From IMG/VR virus record IMGVR_UViG_3300036546_000248: 64,000 nt of DNA; one strand, written 5' to 3'. A program made the translations under genes and the position numbers. Each line of letters starts with the position of its first letter. Positions within the stretch are counted from its first letter, which is position 1. The notes under the pieces were generated by a model. That model did not search any database. It had not been told where the DNA came from and saw nothing but the letters and a program-made list of their open reading frames with translations. Shown here in pieces: positions 38,401-47,688 of the stretch. This stretch comes from a virus. Its lineage: Duplodnaviria; Caudoviricetes.

Positions 38401-41400
38401 CAATGCCGATGGCAGTCCGATCAACAAGTGGACTGACATTAAAGGAACGGTATACGACCTTGAGGGCAACGTGGTGGTGTCGTTGGAGCTATTGGCCAAA
38501 GGCATGATGGATTCGGCGGGTGAGAAACTCGAGTTGGCACGTGGCTTCTTGGGTACAGCAGTAGATGCTGCTAAGAAGTGGGGTGGTCGTGCTATCGACG
38601 GCGCTAAGCGTTTGGGTCGTGGTGCACTGAACATGGCTAAGGGTATCGGCGGCTTCCTCAAAGGAGGCTTTAAAGGTATCAGTAGTAAGTTCGGTAAGGG
38701 TGGCGGTTCGTCCGAGATGATGGAAGTGATCGGCGAATACCAAATCCTGTTGCTCGAAGAAATTCGGGATGGGGTACGTGACCTTAAGCCCAAGCGAGTC
38801 AAAGGCGATCTCAACGGCGACGGTACGCGTGACGGTTCTTGGGAAGCAATTCAAGCAAAGCGTCAAGCAACGCGAGATGCGAAGAAAAAGGACAAGCCAG
38901 AACCGAAAGAGAAGAAGGAAAAGAAAAGCGGTCTGATGGGGTTGTTGACTACTGCGGTTGGATTGTTAGCAGGCATCCCTGCAACGCTCTCCAACGGTAT
39001 CAGTAAGTTGGGCGAGATCCTCGCTCAGAAAGCAATGCTCAAAGGGGCGGCTGATGTATTGAGTAGCGGTGCTGATCTGCCTGACGGTCGTCGTCGACCA
39101 GGTCGTGGTGGTAAGCTCGGTCGTTTTGCACGCGGTGCTTGGACGGCTGCTAAGACGGTTGGTCGAGTTGGTTTGCATGCGGGTCGCTTTGCCCTGATGG
39201 GTGGCGGTGCCATGTTGGGTGGTTTGGCCAGTGGTGCAGCAGCGGTAGGTTCGGCGGTGTTGGGTGCTTTGAGTGCACCGGTTGTCTTGGGTGCTGCGGC
39301 CGTGGCTGCTGTGGGCTTTGGAGCATGGTGGTTGTATAAACGTCACAAGCGTAATCAACGAGGTGGTTTGCTGAAATTGCGTATGGCGCAATACGGTTTT
39401 GCCATCGATGACCATGACAACATCGACAAACTTCTTGCGTTCGAAGACTTGGTGAAACCTGCAGTCAAGTCGCGAGGAGGAGAGCCACTGATTGACTTCC
39501 AAATGTTGGAGGTTGAGAAGATCCGCGAAATGTTCAATATTAAGGAAGATGACCAAGACGGCTTCCAACGATTCGCTCGTTGGTGTGATACCCGGTTCAC
39601 ACCGGTGTACCTGTCTCATGATGCAGCAACGAAGAAATTCTCCCCCACCGGTAAGATGGAAGAGAACGATGAGAAGCTGTCTGTTGAGGACAAGCTGAAG
39701 TATCTCGAAGTGGTTAAGCTACCCAGCGACGACGCTTACGAGTTCTTGGATCACCCAATGGAAGATGGTCGTCTGGCCATGAGTACCGATCAGATCCAAG
39801 CGATCTTCACCGAACTCAAAAACGAGTACGAGAAAGAGGTGGGTCAAAATGCTAAACCTGAAGCAGCAGCAGCCGGCGGTGCAGCGGCAGCAGCAGCGGC
39901 TACAGGGGCAGCGAAGGAGGAACCGGGTTTCTTGGCCAAAGCTTTCAATTCGGCCAAAGACACGGCGATGACCATCCTCAAGTATCATCCCATGGTGATG
40001 TTGTCAAACGTTGCTACTAAAGCGGCTGAGAAGATTGTAGGGTTGGGTAAATCGTTGTTTGAATGGGTCAAAGGAAAGTTCTTTACGGACGAGTACAAAG
40101 TCCCGCCCATCCTCAATCGTGAAATCGATCCACTGACCAGTATTCGTTATCGCCTCTACGGTTTGTCAGTGATGGAGTACGCCAAAGCCGTTCCGCTCTC
40201 GCGGTTGGAAGAGGCGCTGATCAAGGACATCGGTTACAGCGGTAAAGGTCAGGCTAAGTGGGACGGTGATGCCAAGTCGCTGTTTAAACAAGTCGGAGGA
40301 TTGTTTGTAACCAACACCGAATCTGAAGAAGTCATGAAGATGTGGTGTGCCTGGTTCACCAAACGTTTCTTACCAGTATTCCTGTCGTTCTTGACAGCAG
40401 TACGTGGGTTTGCTAAGAATGGTAACCCGTTCGAAGCTTACGAGCGATTCTCGGCGCCACAATCGCTTGAGATTGCTCGCTTCATGGCCCGTGCCGTCAG
40501 TAACCCTGACGATAAGCCAGAAGAGCAGGTCTCGGTTTGGATGATTGCAGACATCCCTTACGATAAACACGAACCTAACATGGACCCTGCGTCGATCACG
40601 CCATTCTTGGCAATGCTTGAAGACGATGCCCGTGTAGCCATTCTCGCTGAGAAGCGTAATGCAAACAAAGGTACCACAGGTGCTCCAACCAGTGCACAAA
40701 CCACCGGCGGTAACGCTAACCTTGCTGCTGCACGTGCGGTAAACAACCCGAATGCCACCTACGCATCACCACTCCAACGGGCGATGTACAGCTCTGCACC
40801 CGTGTCAACGGAAGTGGGGCGAACGGGCGGCGGGATGCGTGTGGCTGCGATGGAAGCGCAGGGTGGTGTGTGGTCTACGTTGCCGGGTGTAGCAGGTCCA
40901 GAAGGACAATGGTCGTCGTATAAAGACTTGATTCTGGCAGCCTCTAAAATGGCGGGTGTTGACCCAGGGTTGATGGCCACCATGGCGGGGGTAGAGTCTA
41001 CTTTCCGTGGTCGTGTATCGGCGGCTGTAGGCAGTGCCAAAGGCCTGTACCAGTTCATGCCCGATACCTGGAAAGAGATGCTTAAGAAGTACGGGAAGAA
41101 GTACGGTCTCCCTGAAGATGCCGACATTCTTGATCCGCGTGCAAACGCGTTGATGGGTGCTGAGTATCTGAAGGAAAACGCCAGGGGTATTAAACAATCC
41201 TTCGGTCGCGAGGCTACCGACATCGACCTGTATCTGTCGCACTTCTTAGGACCTGGCGATGTGAAGAAATTCCTCAACGCCAACCCGAATGAAATTGCGG
41301 CTAAAGTCTTGCCGGCGCCAGCTAAGTACAATGAAGGGATTTTCTTTAGCAAGGATGGTAAAGCGCGTACGATTGCACAGGTGCATGCTGAAGTCGATTC

Positions 41401-42631
41401 TAGGATGTCTAACTGGCGGAAAACGGCCGGTCAAGATGCGAGGGAAGCAGCCGGAATGGGTCCGCTGGAAACGTTGGCTTCAACACCAATGTTGCCAGGG
41501 ATTACGTCACCGACCTCGATGGGTGGTGAACAAGCACCCACTGTCCTTCAATCCGTGACCACGGTTCCAAGTGCCTCTACCCCTGCGGCTAATCAACAGG
41601 GTCCGATCGGTATCTTGAAACCTGACCAAGGAACAGCGGTACCGGGTCCTGTAGGTGGTTATACTGCGGGTCCGAAGCCGGTGAACCCCACCGTCAATGC
41701 GACACAAGCCAAGGATGCAGGTCAGGTCATGTTGATGCGTGAGGCATCGCAAGATGACGGTACGTATGGCATCCTGACTCTTCCGGATGGTTCGACTTTC
41801 CACACACTGGAACTCCCGTGGCTTAACAATGAAACGGGTAAGTCCTGTATCCCACCGGGTACGTACAAAGCGGAAATGCGCGATTCGCCGAAGTTCGGTC
41901 CGGTCTATGAAGTCAAAGGTGTACCTAACCGGTCAGCGATCCTGATCCATGCGGGTAACACAGCAGGCAACGTAGACCGGGGTCTGAAATCGGACGTCCA
42001 AGGCTGTATCCTACTGGGTCTGAGTCGTGGTCGTATCAGCAACCAAAGTGCGGTACTTGAAAGTAAACCTGCGTTGGCATCATTCATGCAGAAGATGGGC
42101 GGTCGTCCATTCACGCTGAATATCGTAGGGGCTGCTCAAGACACCAGCCAAGCACCTGTTCCAACCGAAACTGTAACACCTGTGACAGCACCTGTGGTAG
42201 CACCCGGACTGAAGCCTGCGGGCAGCGTTCCTGGTGTCTCACTGAATGCTACGATGGAAGTTCCTAACCTGCTAGCACCACCGTCTCCGGCTAATGTTAC
42301 ACCAGAGTCGGTAGTTGAGAAACAGCGTCAAAATGCTCAGCAGGCAGCGAACACCCAGCGTCAATCGACTGAGGTGTCCAAGAAGACCCAAGCCAATACT
42401 GCAGCCGTTGAAACTTTGATGAATCAGCAGCTTCAGGTGCAAATGTCTATGGATGCAAGCCTTAAGAACATTGACGTCGGAATCCAACAGCTGGCACAAA
42501 CGATGAGCGGGTTCGGTCAAGGCCAACAGCCTGAAGCTAAACCTTCGACGTCGTCGCCAACACCCAAGCGTGCTGAAGCCACCAAGGCCACGCTCGCTCC
42601 TGTTCGGTTCCATCGTCGCAACAGTGGTTAA
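35432..42631 (+). CDS. tape-measure/tail-associated lytic transglycosylase (phiKZ gp181-like) with an extra DUF5675-type domain
   Basis: 2399 aa; acidic DFDDDF N-terminus, TM-like segments, SLT motifs (GVDPGLMATMAGVES, AKGLYQF, NALMGAEYL, LYLSHFLG), then CIPPGTY...IHAGN...GCILLG. Confidence 0.92.
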   Translation: MESSMAKDKDLDFDDDFDDFDFGADGDFGTPPPTDDRKPITKVATSFLGGVADEFTNPTTVKRLTLESLPDGYSKADNLLGEVAGAGRDLYNTTITELKPVINDAKRVARRALPGVKNLLPEKLAKKLEKLTEDDQAGGLNAQQSREAAVQSEVASVFGAVAEQDQEDRIIDKAEKAREKVEDRKKFKLEIDALSSIHSGISRLVTYQDQVTAKYQRKSLELAYLQYYTLKDTFELHRAATRETKTQLDVIAKNTALPEYQKTTLGEAAGQHFRDRLLSATQARVKDVAGKYFGKYKDNLVKNVKGHLSNFKEGALGALSGAEMAIDMQEQMEEMGERSDPYKAGGRMAGSVAGNWVGGKLAKLLKPILGDMDKVKRGGAYLEYGVDNFPGLVEQLVRSDKGENTKFEWVNNAVRWLKEQAPNELDDPLLDSKKETDLTKANDAVAFSHAARKSLTDIIPGFLSRIHHELAIIRTGDPTIARIDYDLRDGSFRDTGSITKNLVGSLFSKDNFEKTHESTDALINDLTGGDDSKLSPEARKALKRRMISEASRLTGHYDAKKFYDVDGWDEEGLSDEDRIALSDLFLDSKDDILKQNAQSKKFHQIRDYLNNPADAVKALSMQAGALEHMRRAGLVTGENEDRKVNFDRITEMLVQGGFGDKFDQADGDPRIASNLFGPVGPGGGNSGSGFNSSGSNRSTTPKSAAEIKAKVEECVCGDEFDRLIQAVKEGNDRLVAEITKSHTENAQQAEQIALLAGIYEYMQSGQMMVFSVDGTGMFQSMKDRMGRGFKGLKNRFKGLKDNRLVKGAGNLFGMAKTGVMNTIKSPMWAANKAKEGLKAVWNKATGKFNDIKELYVRGEFAAKLTKAKLDAKEYYDAKTGELIEKWEDIKGPVKDKAGEIVLSAEDLAKGLWTNHGKPWKESFFKRVGNAWLGAKSLAKKPGDLIKGVYQGLKSFGKSVRDAFNKPRDIYIPGREDPVILASVMQAGGYRNADGSPINKWTDIKGTVYDLEGNVVVSLELLAKGMMDSAGEKLELARGFLGTAVDAAKKWGGRAIDGAKRLGRGALNMAKGIGGFLKGGFKGISSKFGKGGGSSEMMEVIGEYQILLLEEIRDGVRDLKPKRVKGDLNGDGTRDGSWEAIQAKRQATRDAKKKDKPEPKEKKEKKSGLMGLLTTAVGLLAGIPATLSNGISKLGEILAQKAMLKGAADVLSSGADLPDGRRRPGRGGKLGRFARGAWTAAKTVGRVGLHAGRFALMGGGAMLGGLASGAAAVGSAVLGALSAPVVLGAAAVAAVGFGAWWLYKRHKRNQRGGLLKLRMAQYGFAIDDHDNIDKLLAFEDLVKPAVKSRGGEPLIDFQMLEVEKIREMFNIKEDDQDGFQRFARWCDTRFTPVYLSHDAATKKFSPTGKMEENDEKLSVEDKLKYLEVVKLPSDDAYEFLDHPMEDGRLAMSTDQIQAIFTELKNEYEKEVGQNAKPEAAAAGGAAAAAAATGAAKEEPGFLAKAFNSAKDTAMTILKYHPMVMLSNVATKAAEKIVGLGKSLFEWVKGKFFTDEYKVPPILNREIDPLTSIRYRLYGLSVMEYAKAVPLSRLEEALIKDIGYSGKGQAKWDGDAKSLFKQVGGLFVTNTESEEVMKMWCAWFTKRFLPVFLSFLTAVRGFAKNGNPFEAYERFSAPQSLEIARFMARAVSNPDDKPEEQVSVWMIADIPYDKHEPNMDPASITPFLAMLEDDARVAILAEKRNANKGTTGAPTSAQTTGGNANLAAARAVNNPNATYASPLQRAMYSSAPVSTEVGRTGGGMRVAAMEAQGGVWSTLPGVAGPEGQWSSYKDLILAASKMAGVDPGLMATMAGVESTFRGRVSAAVGSAKGLYQFMPDTWKEMLKKYGKKYGLPEDADILDPRANALMGAEYLKENARGIKQSFGREATDIDLYLSHFLGPGDVKKFLNANPNEIAAKVLPAPAKYNEGIFFSKDGKARTIAQVHAEVDSRMSNWRKTAGQDAREAAGMGPLETLASTPMLPGITSPTSMGGEQAPTVLQSVTTVPSASTPAANQQGPIGILKPDQGTAVPGPVGGYTAGPKPVNPTVNATQAKDAGQVMLMREASQDDGTYGILTLPDGSTFHTLELPWLNNETGKSCIPPGTYKAEMRDSPKFGPVYEVKGVPNRSAILIHAGNTAGNVDRGLKSDVQGCILLGLSRGRISNQSAVLESKPALASFMQKMGGRPFTLNIVGAAQDTSQAPVPTETVTPVTAPVVAPGLKPAGSVPGVSLNATMEVPNLLAPPSPANVTPESVVEKQRQNAQQAANTQRQSTEVSKKTQANTAAVETLMNQQLQVQMSMDASLKNIDVGIQQLAQTMSGFGQGQQPEAKPSTSSPTPKRAEATKATLAPVRFHRRNSG

Positions 42632-42640
42632 CGGAAGTCT

Positions 42641-42680
42641 GGAGGGGAGGCGACTCCCCTCCATTCTTTTTTCTTTTTTA
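42641..42680 (+). terminator. intrinsic terminator between the gp181-like and gp182-like genes
   Basis: ggaggggag-gcga-ctcccctcc stem followed by T-rich tracts. Confidence 0.75.
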
Positions 42681-42695
42681 GGTTGAGGTAAGTGT

Positions 42696-44678
42696 ATGTC
42701 GACTTCTCCTTTGCGTGACGTGGACTGGGTTCGACAGTCGTTCATGCTCCCCAAGCGCACGATCTCCAATTCGGATGCCCTGCGCCGCACATTGAGTGAT
42801 GCACGGTTCAAATTTACCGACACCACCTTGGGGGGTAGTTTTGCGATTAACCCACCCTATCAATTCACACGCTTTGCTGATATTCCCGTACCCAGTCTCT
42901 TTGCCGGTTCGGCAGGACTTGGTCGCTACTACAGCGAAGCCATTGAGGACAACGCCCAGCTCATCCACATGCGCTTTGGTGTTCCTCAGTTCAACTCGTT
43001 GTTGAACTACTTCTTCAATTTCTTCAACCCACAAGCTGCGCGTATGGCGCGTACGGGTCGAAGCTACGATCTGGCCTTCTCTTTAGGTAAGATCACAGGG
43101 ACACTGTTCCCACTCCCGATTCAACTGTTCACCGCAGCAGGCGCTGCATTGAATTTTCTGATGGGGCGTGATACCTCGAAGTATTACTACCTCAAACCCA
43201 CCATGCCGCTTTACTGGAACGCAGTGAACACCATTGCCAACGGTATCGCCGTGAACATGGGTCTGGTGCCACGCATCATGTCTAAAGCGGAGAAGTCCAC
43301 TGTTAAAGGTGAACCTGAATACACCGCTGAGATTGGTCGTCGTTATCAACGTTTGAATCCTGAAGTCTGGCATGAAAGTGGCGAGATTGATATCTACTCA
43401 CTGGCCTCTCGCGCACAACGCATTGCAAACGAACAACGTCGTGAGTTGAATAAGGCGTTGGAGACTGGGGAGAGTGCTGAAGCCGTTCAAGCCAAGATTC
43501 AATCGATGGTGGATGCTGGTCGATACACCGACACTAAACGTGCCTTCCAGTCCTACGAGGATTACCTCAAGTCGTGGCATTCGCTTAACGACCGGACTGA
43601 ACAAGAAGACGACGGTAGCGTGGACGTCATTGGTAAGAAAATGACGTTCAAAGAAAAGACCTTGAAGTTCTTCGAGGCTGAGTATGAAGACGGTACCCAG
43701 TTCGTTACCTTCCATGTGGAACACACAGGGACGGTATCGGAATCGTTCAGCAACAGTGCCACCGAACCTGAGATCTCCAGTAAGTTGAATGGGTTGTCTT
43801 CGGGTGCTCGTCAGGCACGCTTCAGCTCGGCGGACGGTCAAACAGGGATTGGCTTCATCGACGACATGTTGAAGATGGGTGGAGCGTTCATTGAAGGCAT
43901 TGCCACCGCGGTGAACCTACAAGGGTTGCTCGCCTTCTCAGGTTCTGCAATTGCTGACATCCCCAAGATGTGGGACAGTTCTTCTGCGGACCTTCCGAAG
44001 TCGGACTACCAGATCAAATTGCGCACACCCTACGGAAATGATTACAGTCGTTTTACGGACCTGTTCATCCCGTTGAGTATGTTGTTGGCAGGTAGCCTTC
44101 CTATCTCCACAGGTAAGCAATCCTACACCAGCCCGTTTCTCTGCGAGGTCTATGACAAAGGGCGTACACAAACCCGTTTGGGTATGATTCAGAATCTCCA
44201 GGTTAGTCGGGGTGAAGGTAACCTAGGTTGGACTCGTGACATGAAACCTTTGGGTATCAACGTCAGTTTCAGTGTGATGGATTTGTCTTCAATCATGCAC
44301 ATGCCGATCACCGCAGGTTTCGATCTGAGTGATGCGGTGGAACTGGCCGGTGCTGCAGGGTTGGCTGCAAGGGCTGCTAACGCGACCAGCGTGGGTGGCG
44401 TTATTGGGCGTGCAGGTGGGGCATTGGGTCTGGCGGCAGGTACTGACTTTGCTAAGGGGTTTTTCGATTCGGACACAGTCTATTCGGATTACTTGGCAAC
44501 GTTGGCGAGCCTGTCACTGACCGAGCAAGTGTACACCATGCAAAAACTGCGGATCAACATGACCCGTCAATTCAGCTCGATGAATACTTGGTTCTCGGCC
44601 TCTCACTTCACCAACTGGGTGATGGGTAGTGCACCAGCACGTTTGATCTCGGCTAAAGCGGTCGGTATGAGTATGTGA
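42696..44678 (+). CDS. tail tip/baseplate hub protein (phiKZ gp182-like)
   Basis: 660 aa directly after gp181-like; DWVRQSF, KFTDTTLGG..INPP.QFTRFAD, LRTPYGN motifs. Confidence 0.85.
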   Translation: MSTSPLRDVDWVRQSFMLPKRTISNSDALRRTLSDARFKFTDTTLGGSFAINPPYQFTRFADIPVPSLFAGSAGLGRYYSEAIEDNAQLIHMRFGVPQFNSLLNYFFNFFNPQAARMARTGRSYDLAFSLGKITGTLFPLPIQLFTAAGAALNFLMGRDTSKYYYLKPTMPLYWNAVNTIANGIAVNMGLVPRIMSKAEKSTVKGEPEYTAEIGRRYQRLNPEVWHESGEIDIYSLASRAQRIANEQRRELNKALETGESAEAVQAKIQSMVDAGRYTDTKRAFQSYEDYLKSWHSLNDRTEQEDDGSVDVIGKKMTFKEKTLKFFEAEYEDGTQFVTFHVEHTGTVSESFSNSATEPEISSKLNGLSSGARQARFSSADGQTGIGFIDDMLKMGGAFIEGIATAVNLQGLLAFSGSAIADIPKMWDSSSADLPKSDYQIKLRTPYGNDYSRFTDLFIPLSMLLAGSLPISTGKQSYTSPFLCEVYDKGRTQTRLGMIQNLQVSRGEGNLGWTRDMKPLGINVSFSVMDLSSIMHMPITAGFDLSDAVELAGAAGLAARAANATSVGGVIGRAGGALGLAAGTDFAKGFFDSDTVYSDYLATLASLSLTEQVYTMQKLRINMTRQFSSMNTWFSASHFTNWVMGSAPARLISAKAVGMSM

Positions 44679-44679
44679 C

Positions 44680-44721
44680 GGCATACAGGGCGGGTCACCC
44701 CGCCCTGTACGTTTTATGCCG
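44680..44721. terminator. bidirectional terminator
   Basis: tacagggcggg-tcac-cccgccctgta stem flanked by ggcata and ttttatgcc. Confidence 0.85.
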
Positions 44722-45726
44722 TTAAACCGCTACGCGAGGATGGTCTTTCTTATACAGATTAACCAAGTTCTCACTCCGGTACATGGGGGCAACCATCACA
44801 GCCAACTGCCAACGAGGATCACTTCCCAACAGGGTCTTTGCAGCCTTAGAGGCGTAGGCAAATGGGGCCAAGTCTACAATCGATTCACCGTGACGTACAT
44901 ACCGGTCCCAAGACGAGTTAATCCGATTGAGGGTGTTGACCAGAACCGACAGCTCTTCAGCCCTTTTCTCAGGGGCATTACGACTAGGTGATTTATAGAA
45001 GGTCAGGATTTGTCGCGTGGCATCTGGAACTTGAGCCAAGACTCCACCTACACCGATCTTATCGATGATCTGATTCAACAAGGGTAGGTTACTCTGGGCA
45101 ATGGTCACTCGCACATTCAACGAATACGAGCGCCGGATAATCTCCTCGTCTCGCGCCGAGTTGAGAATACCTGGAATCAAATCAGTCAGTCCTGACTCGA
45201 TAGCAAACTCGAGTACGGTACTGAAGGTCGCTACTTCTGTGGCCAGATCAAACAACTCGAAAAGGTCTGTTTGTCCACTGATCCGCTTGAGCAGATCCGA
45301 CGCCCCTTTCAGAGTGTCGTAGTCTCCACGACTATAAGCACGTACACCCTCTTTACCCAAGACGAGCAAATCCTTGGTGGTGTTAGTAGAAACACCCAAA
45401 GATTCCATGGTCTTAAATAGCTTGCCTTGTACACCAGCCGTTAAAGACTTTGTAAGGCTCCCTCCGCCGAGTTTCTTGCCAATGCTAGTCAGGACATCAA
45501 CTTTAGACATCCGCCCAGCAGAGAGCTTCTCAAGGTCTTTTGTGATGGATTTCACTAACTGCGGCGAACGCTTAAGCTTATCCACTGCCCCTTCGGCAGT
45601 ATTGACCAGTACGTCGGGGATATTGTTGAGGGTTTCTTGTTTCTTTACCTTGTAGGCGTCAACCGTCAAGAGGTCATCAATGGGCCCCGATTCGAACAGT
45701 GACGTCAGTCTCTTTTTAGAAGCCAT
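44722..45726 (-). CDS. probable virion structural protein (334 aa)
   Basis: FESGPIDDLLTVDAYK N-terminus resembles conserved phiKZ-like structural proteins. Confidence 0.65.
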   Translation of the reverse strand: MASKKRLTSLFESGPIDDLLTVDAYKVKKQETLNNIPDVLVNTAEGAVDKLKRSPQLVKSITKDLEKLSAGRMSKVDVLTSIGKKLGGGSLTKSLTAGVQGKLFKTMESLGVSTNTTKDLLVLGKEGVRAYSRGDYDTLKGASDLLKRISGQTDLFELFDLATEVATFSTVLEFAIESGLTDLIPGILNSARDEEIIRRSYSLNVRVTIAQSNLPLLNQIIDKIGVGGVLAQVPDATRQILTFYKSPSRNAPEKRAEELSVLVNTLNRINSSWDRYVRHGESIVDLAPFAYASKAAKTLLGSDPRWQLAVMVAPMYRSENLVNLYKKDHPRVAV

Positions 45727-45740
45727 TGTGGTCTCCGAAG

Positions 45741-45776
45741 GTCAAAAAAAAAAAAACAAGGGGCCGAAGCCCCTCA
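45741..45776 (-). terminator. intrinsic terminator
   Basis: aggggc-ttcg-gcccctt followed by a long T-run on the minus strand. Confidence 0.8.
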
Positions 45777-45778
45777 TT

Positions 45779-46081
45779 TCACAGACAGGCCGTAGCCAAG
45801 TACTTACCCAAAGCTTGTATCTTCAGAAAGCCTTTTGCCGCCATCTGTTCCAACACGTCCTTAGCCGGGAAGACCACCTGAGGGAACGAGATAAAGTCGC
45901 CTTCTTGCAGGTCCGACACTTCGATCGAAGGCAGGTCCATTTTGATGGGGGCAAGCTTGATCGGGTACTCACGATAAACGTCGCCGTCCTTACGCCAGAA
46001 TGACATATCCGAAGGACACAGCCTAGGGATGGCTTCCCCTACAGCAGCTGCGCGACAGTTCAGGTGTTCATGGATCTTCAT
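45779..46081 (-). CDS. hypothetical protein (about 100 aa)
   Basis: ATG at 46081 with AAGGA SD. Confidence 0.65.
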   Translation of the reverse strand: MKIHEHLNCRAAAVGEAIPRLCPSDMSFWRKDGDVYREYPIKLAPIKMDLPSIEVSDLQEGDFISFPQVVFPAKDVLEQMAAKGFLKIQALGKYLATACL

Positions 46082-46118
46082 TAACGTGTCCTTAAAGGTT
46101 GAACAGGTACTCATAGTA

Positions 46119-47276
46119 TCAACGGTCAGTGAGGAACTTACACACCGCCGTTAGATTGTCTGTGAAGTTGGAACGGTCCGGAATTACTTTACAGTTGTCG
46201 GGTTTACCGTAGTAGTAATAATGAACCAGTGGAAGGGTGTTAGTGATCACCAACTCATACAGCTTTGGGTTTTGGGTTATCTTGCAAATCCATCCAATGC
46301 GCATCAAACGATCAAAGTCGGGGTTTTGGATGTAGTTCTTGTGATCAGCCTTTCCTTTCTTACGCGCTTCAAACCCTGAGAGTTGGGCATACTCATAATC
46401 AAGCATTCCCGTCTTCAAGAAGAAGTGTAAACCCTCGGCTGTATTGAAGTGTCCAAAGGCTGGGTGTTCAAACCCGATAGGTGAAGGGTTGGTTAACAAA
46501 CGACCCAGCTCCGTGTGCCCTCGACTGTAGATGTTGATGTGATCAATTGAATCTGTACTTGGATGATAAACTCGAGGAGGTTCTATCACCGTTAACTCCT
46601 TTTCGACATAAAACCAATCTTGGTACTTAGGATCTTCAGAGACCAGTCTTCTCACAACTGACCTTTTCTCCATCCCAATAGCCATACTGGCACTTATTAA
46701 AGTTGGGTACTCCACCCCTTGAATAGAGACGGGTTTACCACACGCCAAGCGACTAGCTCCATTTGCAGCCAATCGATGTTCTTCGGAAAAGGGACGACCT
46801 TTCATAGCCACCGACATTTTTCGCCGCGTTTCGTCCGGTAGAGTCCTCCCTAGCTTCGCCGCCGCCAATTTAGAACGCCACTCTTCATCCATTATTCGAC
46901 CTTTGTTGGCGGCCGACATTTTTGCCCGATGTTCTTCACTAAAAGACAAACCCTTCATGGGTGATCGAACATCCATGCAGAAGTTGAGTAATGATGGATT
47001 GTCTTTATTAATGATAATTGTCGCTTGTTCAAGATCGTAAGCTTGATCTCGTCCAAAACAAGGAGTAGTTTCGAAATCCAATTGCGGGTTTTCGTTATAT
47101 AGCTCTTGTAGCCTTTTATTGTGGTGACGTCTGTTCTTCAAATCCCATAAATGATCCATCTTCCGTTTGTTAAAGTTGGAAGTACTTCCAATATAGAAGT
47201 GACCAGTACTTGTGTGGGTTAGGACATACATCACACATTGGTCATTGAGTACCTCCGGTAACGGTGTCAGTTCCAT
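46119..47276 (-). CDS. GIY-YIG homing endonuclease (NUMOD3 repeats) fused in frame to a NADAR/T4 gp30.3-like domain
   Basis: VMYVL...FYIGST...R..DH, LEQ, N; four SEEHR-type repeats; a C-terminal HTH-like segment; then DHINIYS...LTNP...F..AEG...K...LSGFEA...GK...K.TQN. Confidence 0.8.
   Translation of the reverse strand: MELTPLPEVLNDQCVMYVLTHTSTGHFYIGSTSNFNKRKMDHLWDLKNRRHHNKRLQELYNENPQLDFETTPCFGRDQAYDLEQATIIINKDNPSLLNFCMDVRSPMKGLSFSEEHRAKMSAANKGRIMDEEWRSKLAAAKLGRTLPDETRRKMSVAMKGRPFSEEHRLAANGASRLACGKPVSIQGVEYPTLISASMAIGMEKRSVVRRLVSEDPKYQDWFYVEKELTVIEPPRVYHPSTDSIDHINIYSRGHTELGRLLTNPSPIGFEHPAFGHFNTAEGLHFFLKTGMLDYEYAQLSGFEARKKGKADHKNYIQNPDFDRLMRIGWICKITQNPKLYELVITNTLPLVHYYYYGKPDNCKVIPDRSNFTDNLTAVCKFLTDR
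46590..47276 (-). mobile_element. homing endonuclease portion (probable recent insertion)
   Basis: GIY-YIG plus NUMOD architecture; visibly more AT-rich than the flanking genes. Confidence 0.6.
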
Positions 47277-47285
47277 AGGCTCTCC

Positions 47286-47636
47286 TCAGATCAGGTCGTA
47301 GTCGCGCTCGAGTGTGTTACGGGACAACATGAGAGGCCTCAACGTCTGGAGCCCAACATGTAGGTCAACCCCCATTCTTAGTACGTTGCGCAGGGTTTCC
47401 AAATCGGCCGGGCTATTGAATTCCACGTGGGTGTCGGGGAGGAGGTACTTGAGTAACAGTTCTGAGACGTCAAGGACACCGGCTTGATTCAGTTTGTGGA
47501 CGAAGACCTTCACGCCATTGGTGTAGGCCAACAGAATAAATTGCGTCACATCCTGAGGACATTCAAACCGACACGAGTACGTCGTCATCGGGTGACTGAA
47601 GTTCATGTACTGGTCAATCTGTGGGGAGCGGTTCAT
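47286..47636 (-). CDS. hypothetical protein (about 116 aa)
   Basis: ATG at 47636 with AAGGA SD avoids the overlap implied by the ORF track. Confidence 0.65.
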   Translation of the reverse strand: MNRSPQIDQYMNFSHPMTTYSCRFECPQDVTQFILLAYTNGVKVFVHKLNQAGVLDVSELLLKYLLPDTHVEFNSPADLETLRNVLRMGVDLHVGLQTLRPLMLSRNTLERDYDLI

Positions 47637-47688
47637 AGAACATTCGTCCTTTAAGGGCATATAGCGCAGGTTGCCCTGCGCTTGTTTG

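Noticed and set aside
39841-39920. GCA-rich poly-Ala run in the gp181-like gene as a repeat element
   Set aside because: It is a low-complexity protein linker with no sign of a separate DNA repeat.
22653-47276. Stop-codon reassignment as the cause of the two in-frame fusions
   Set aside because: The junctions contain no stop codons in the standard code, and core genes are full-length with standard stops.
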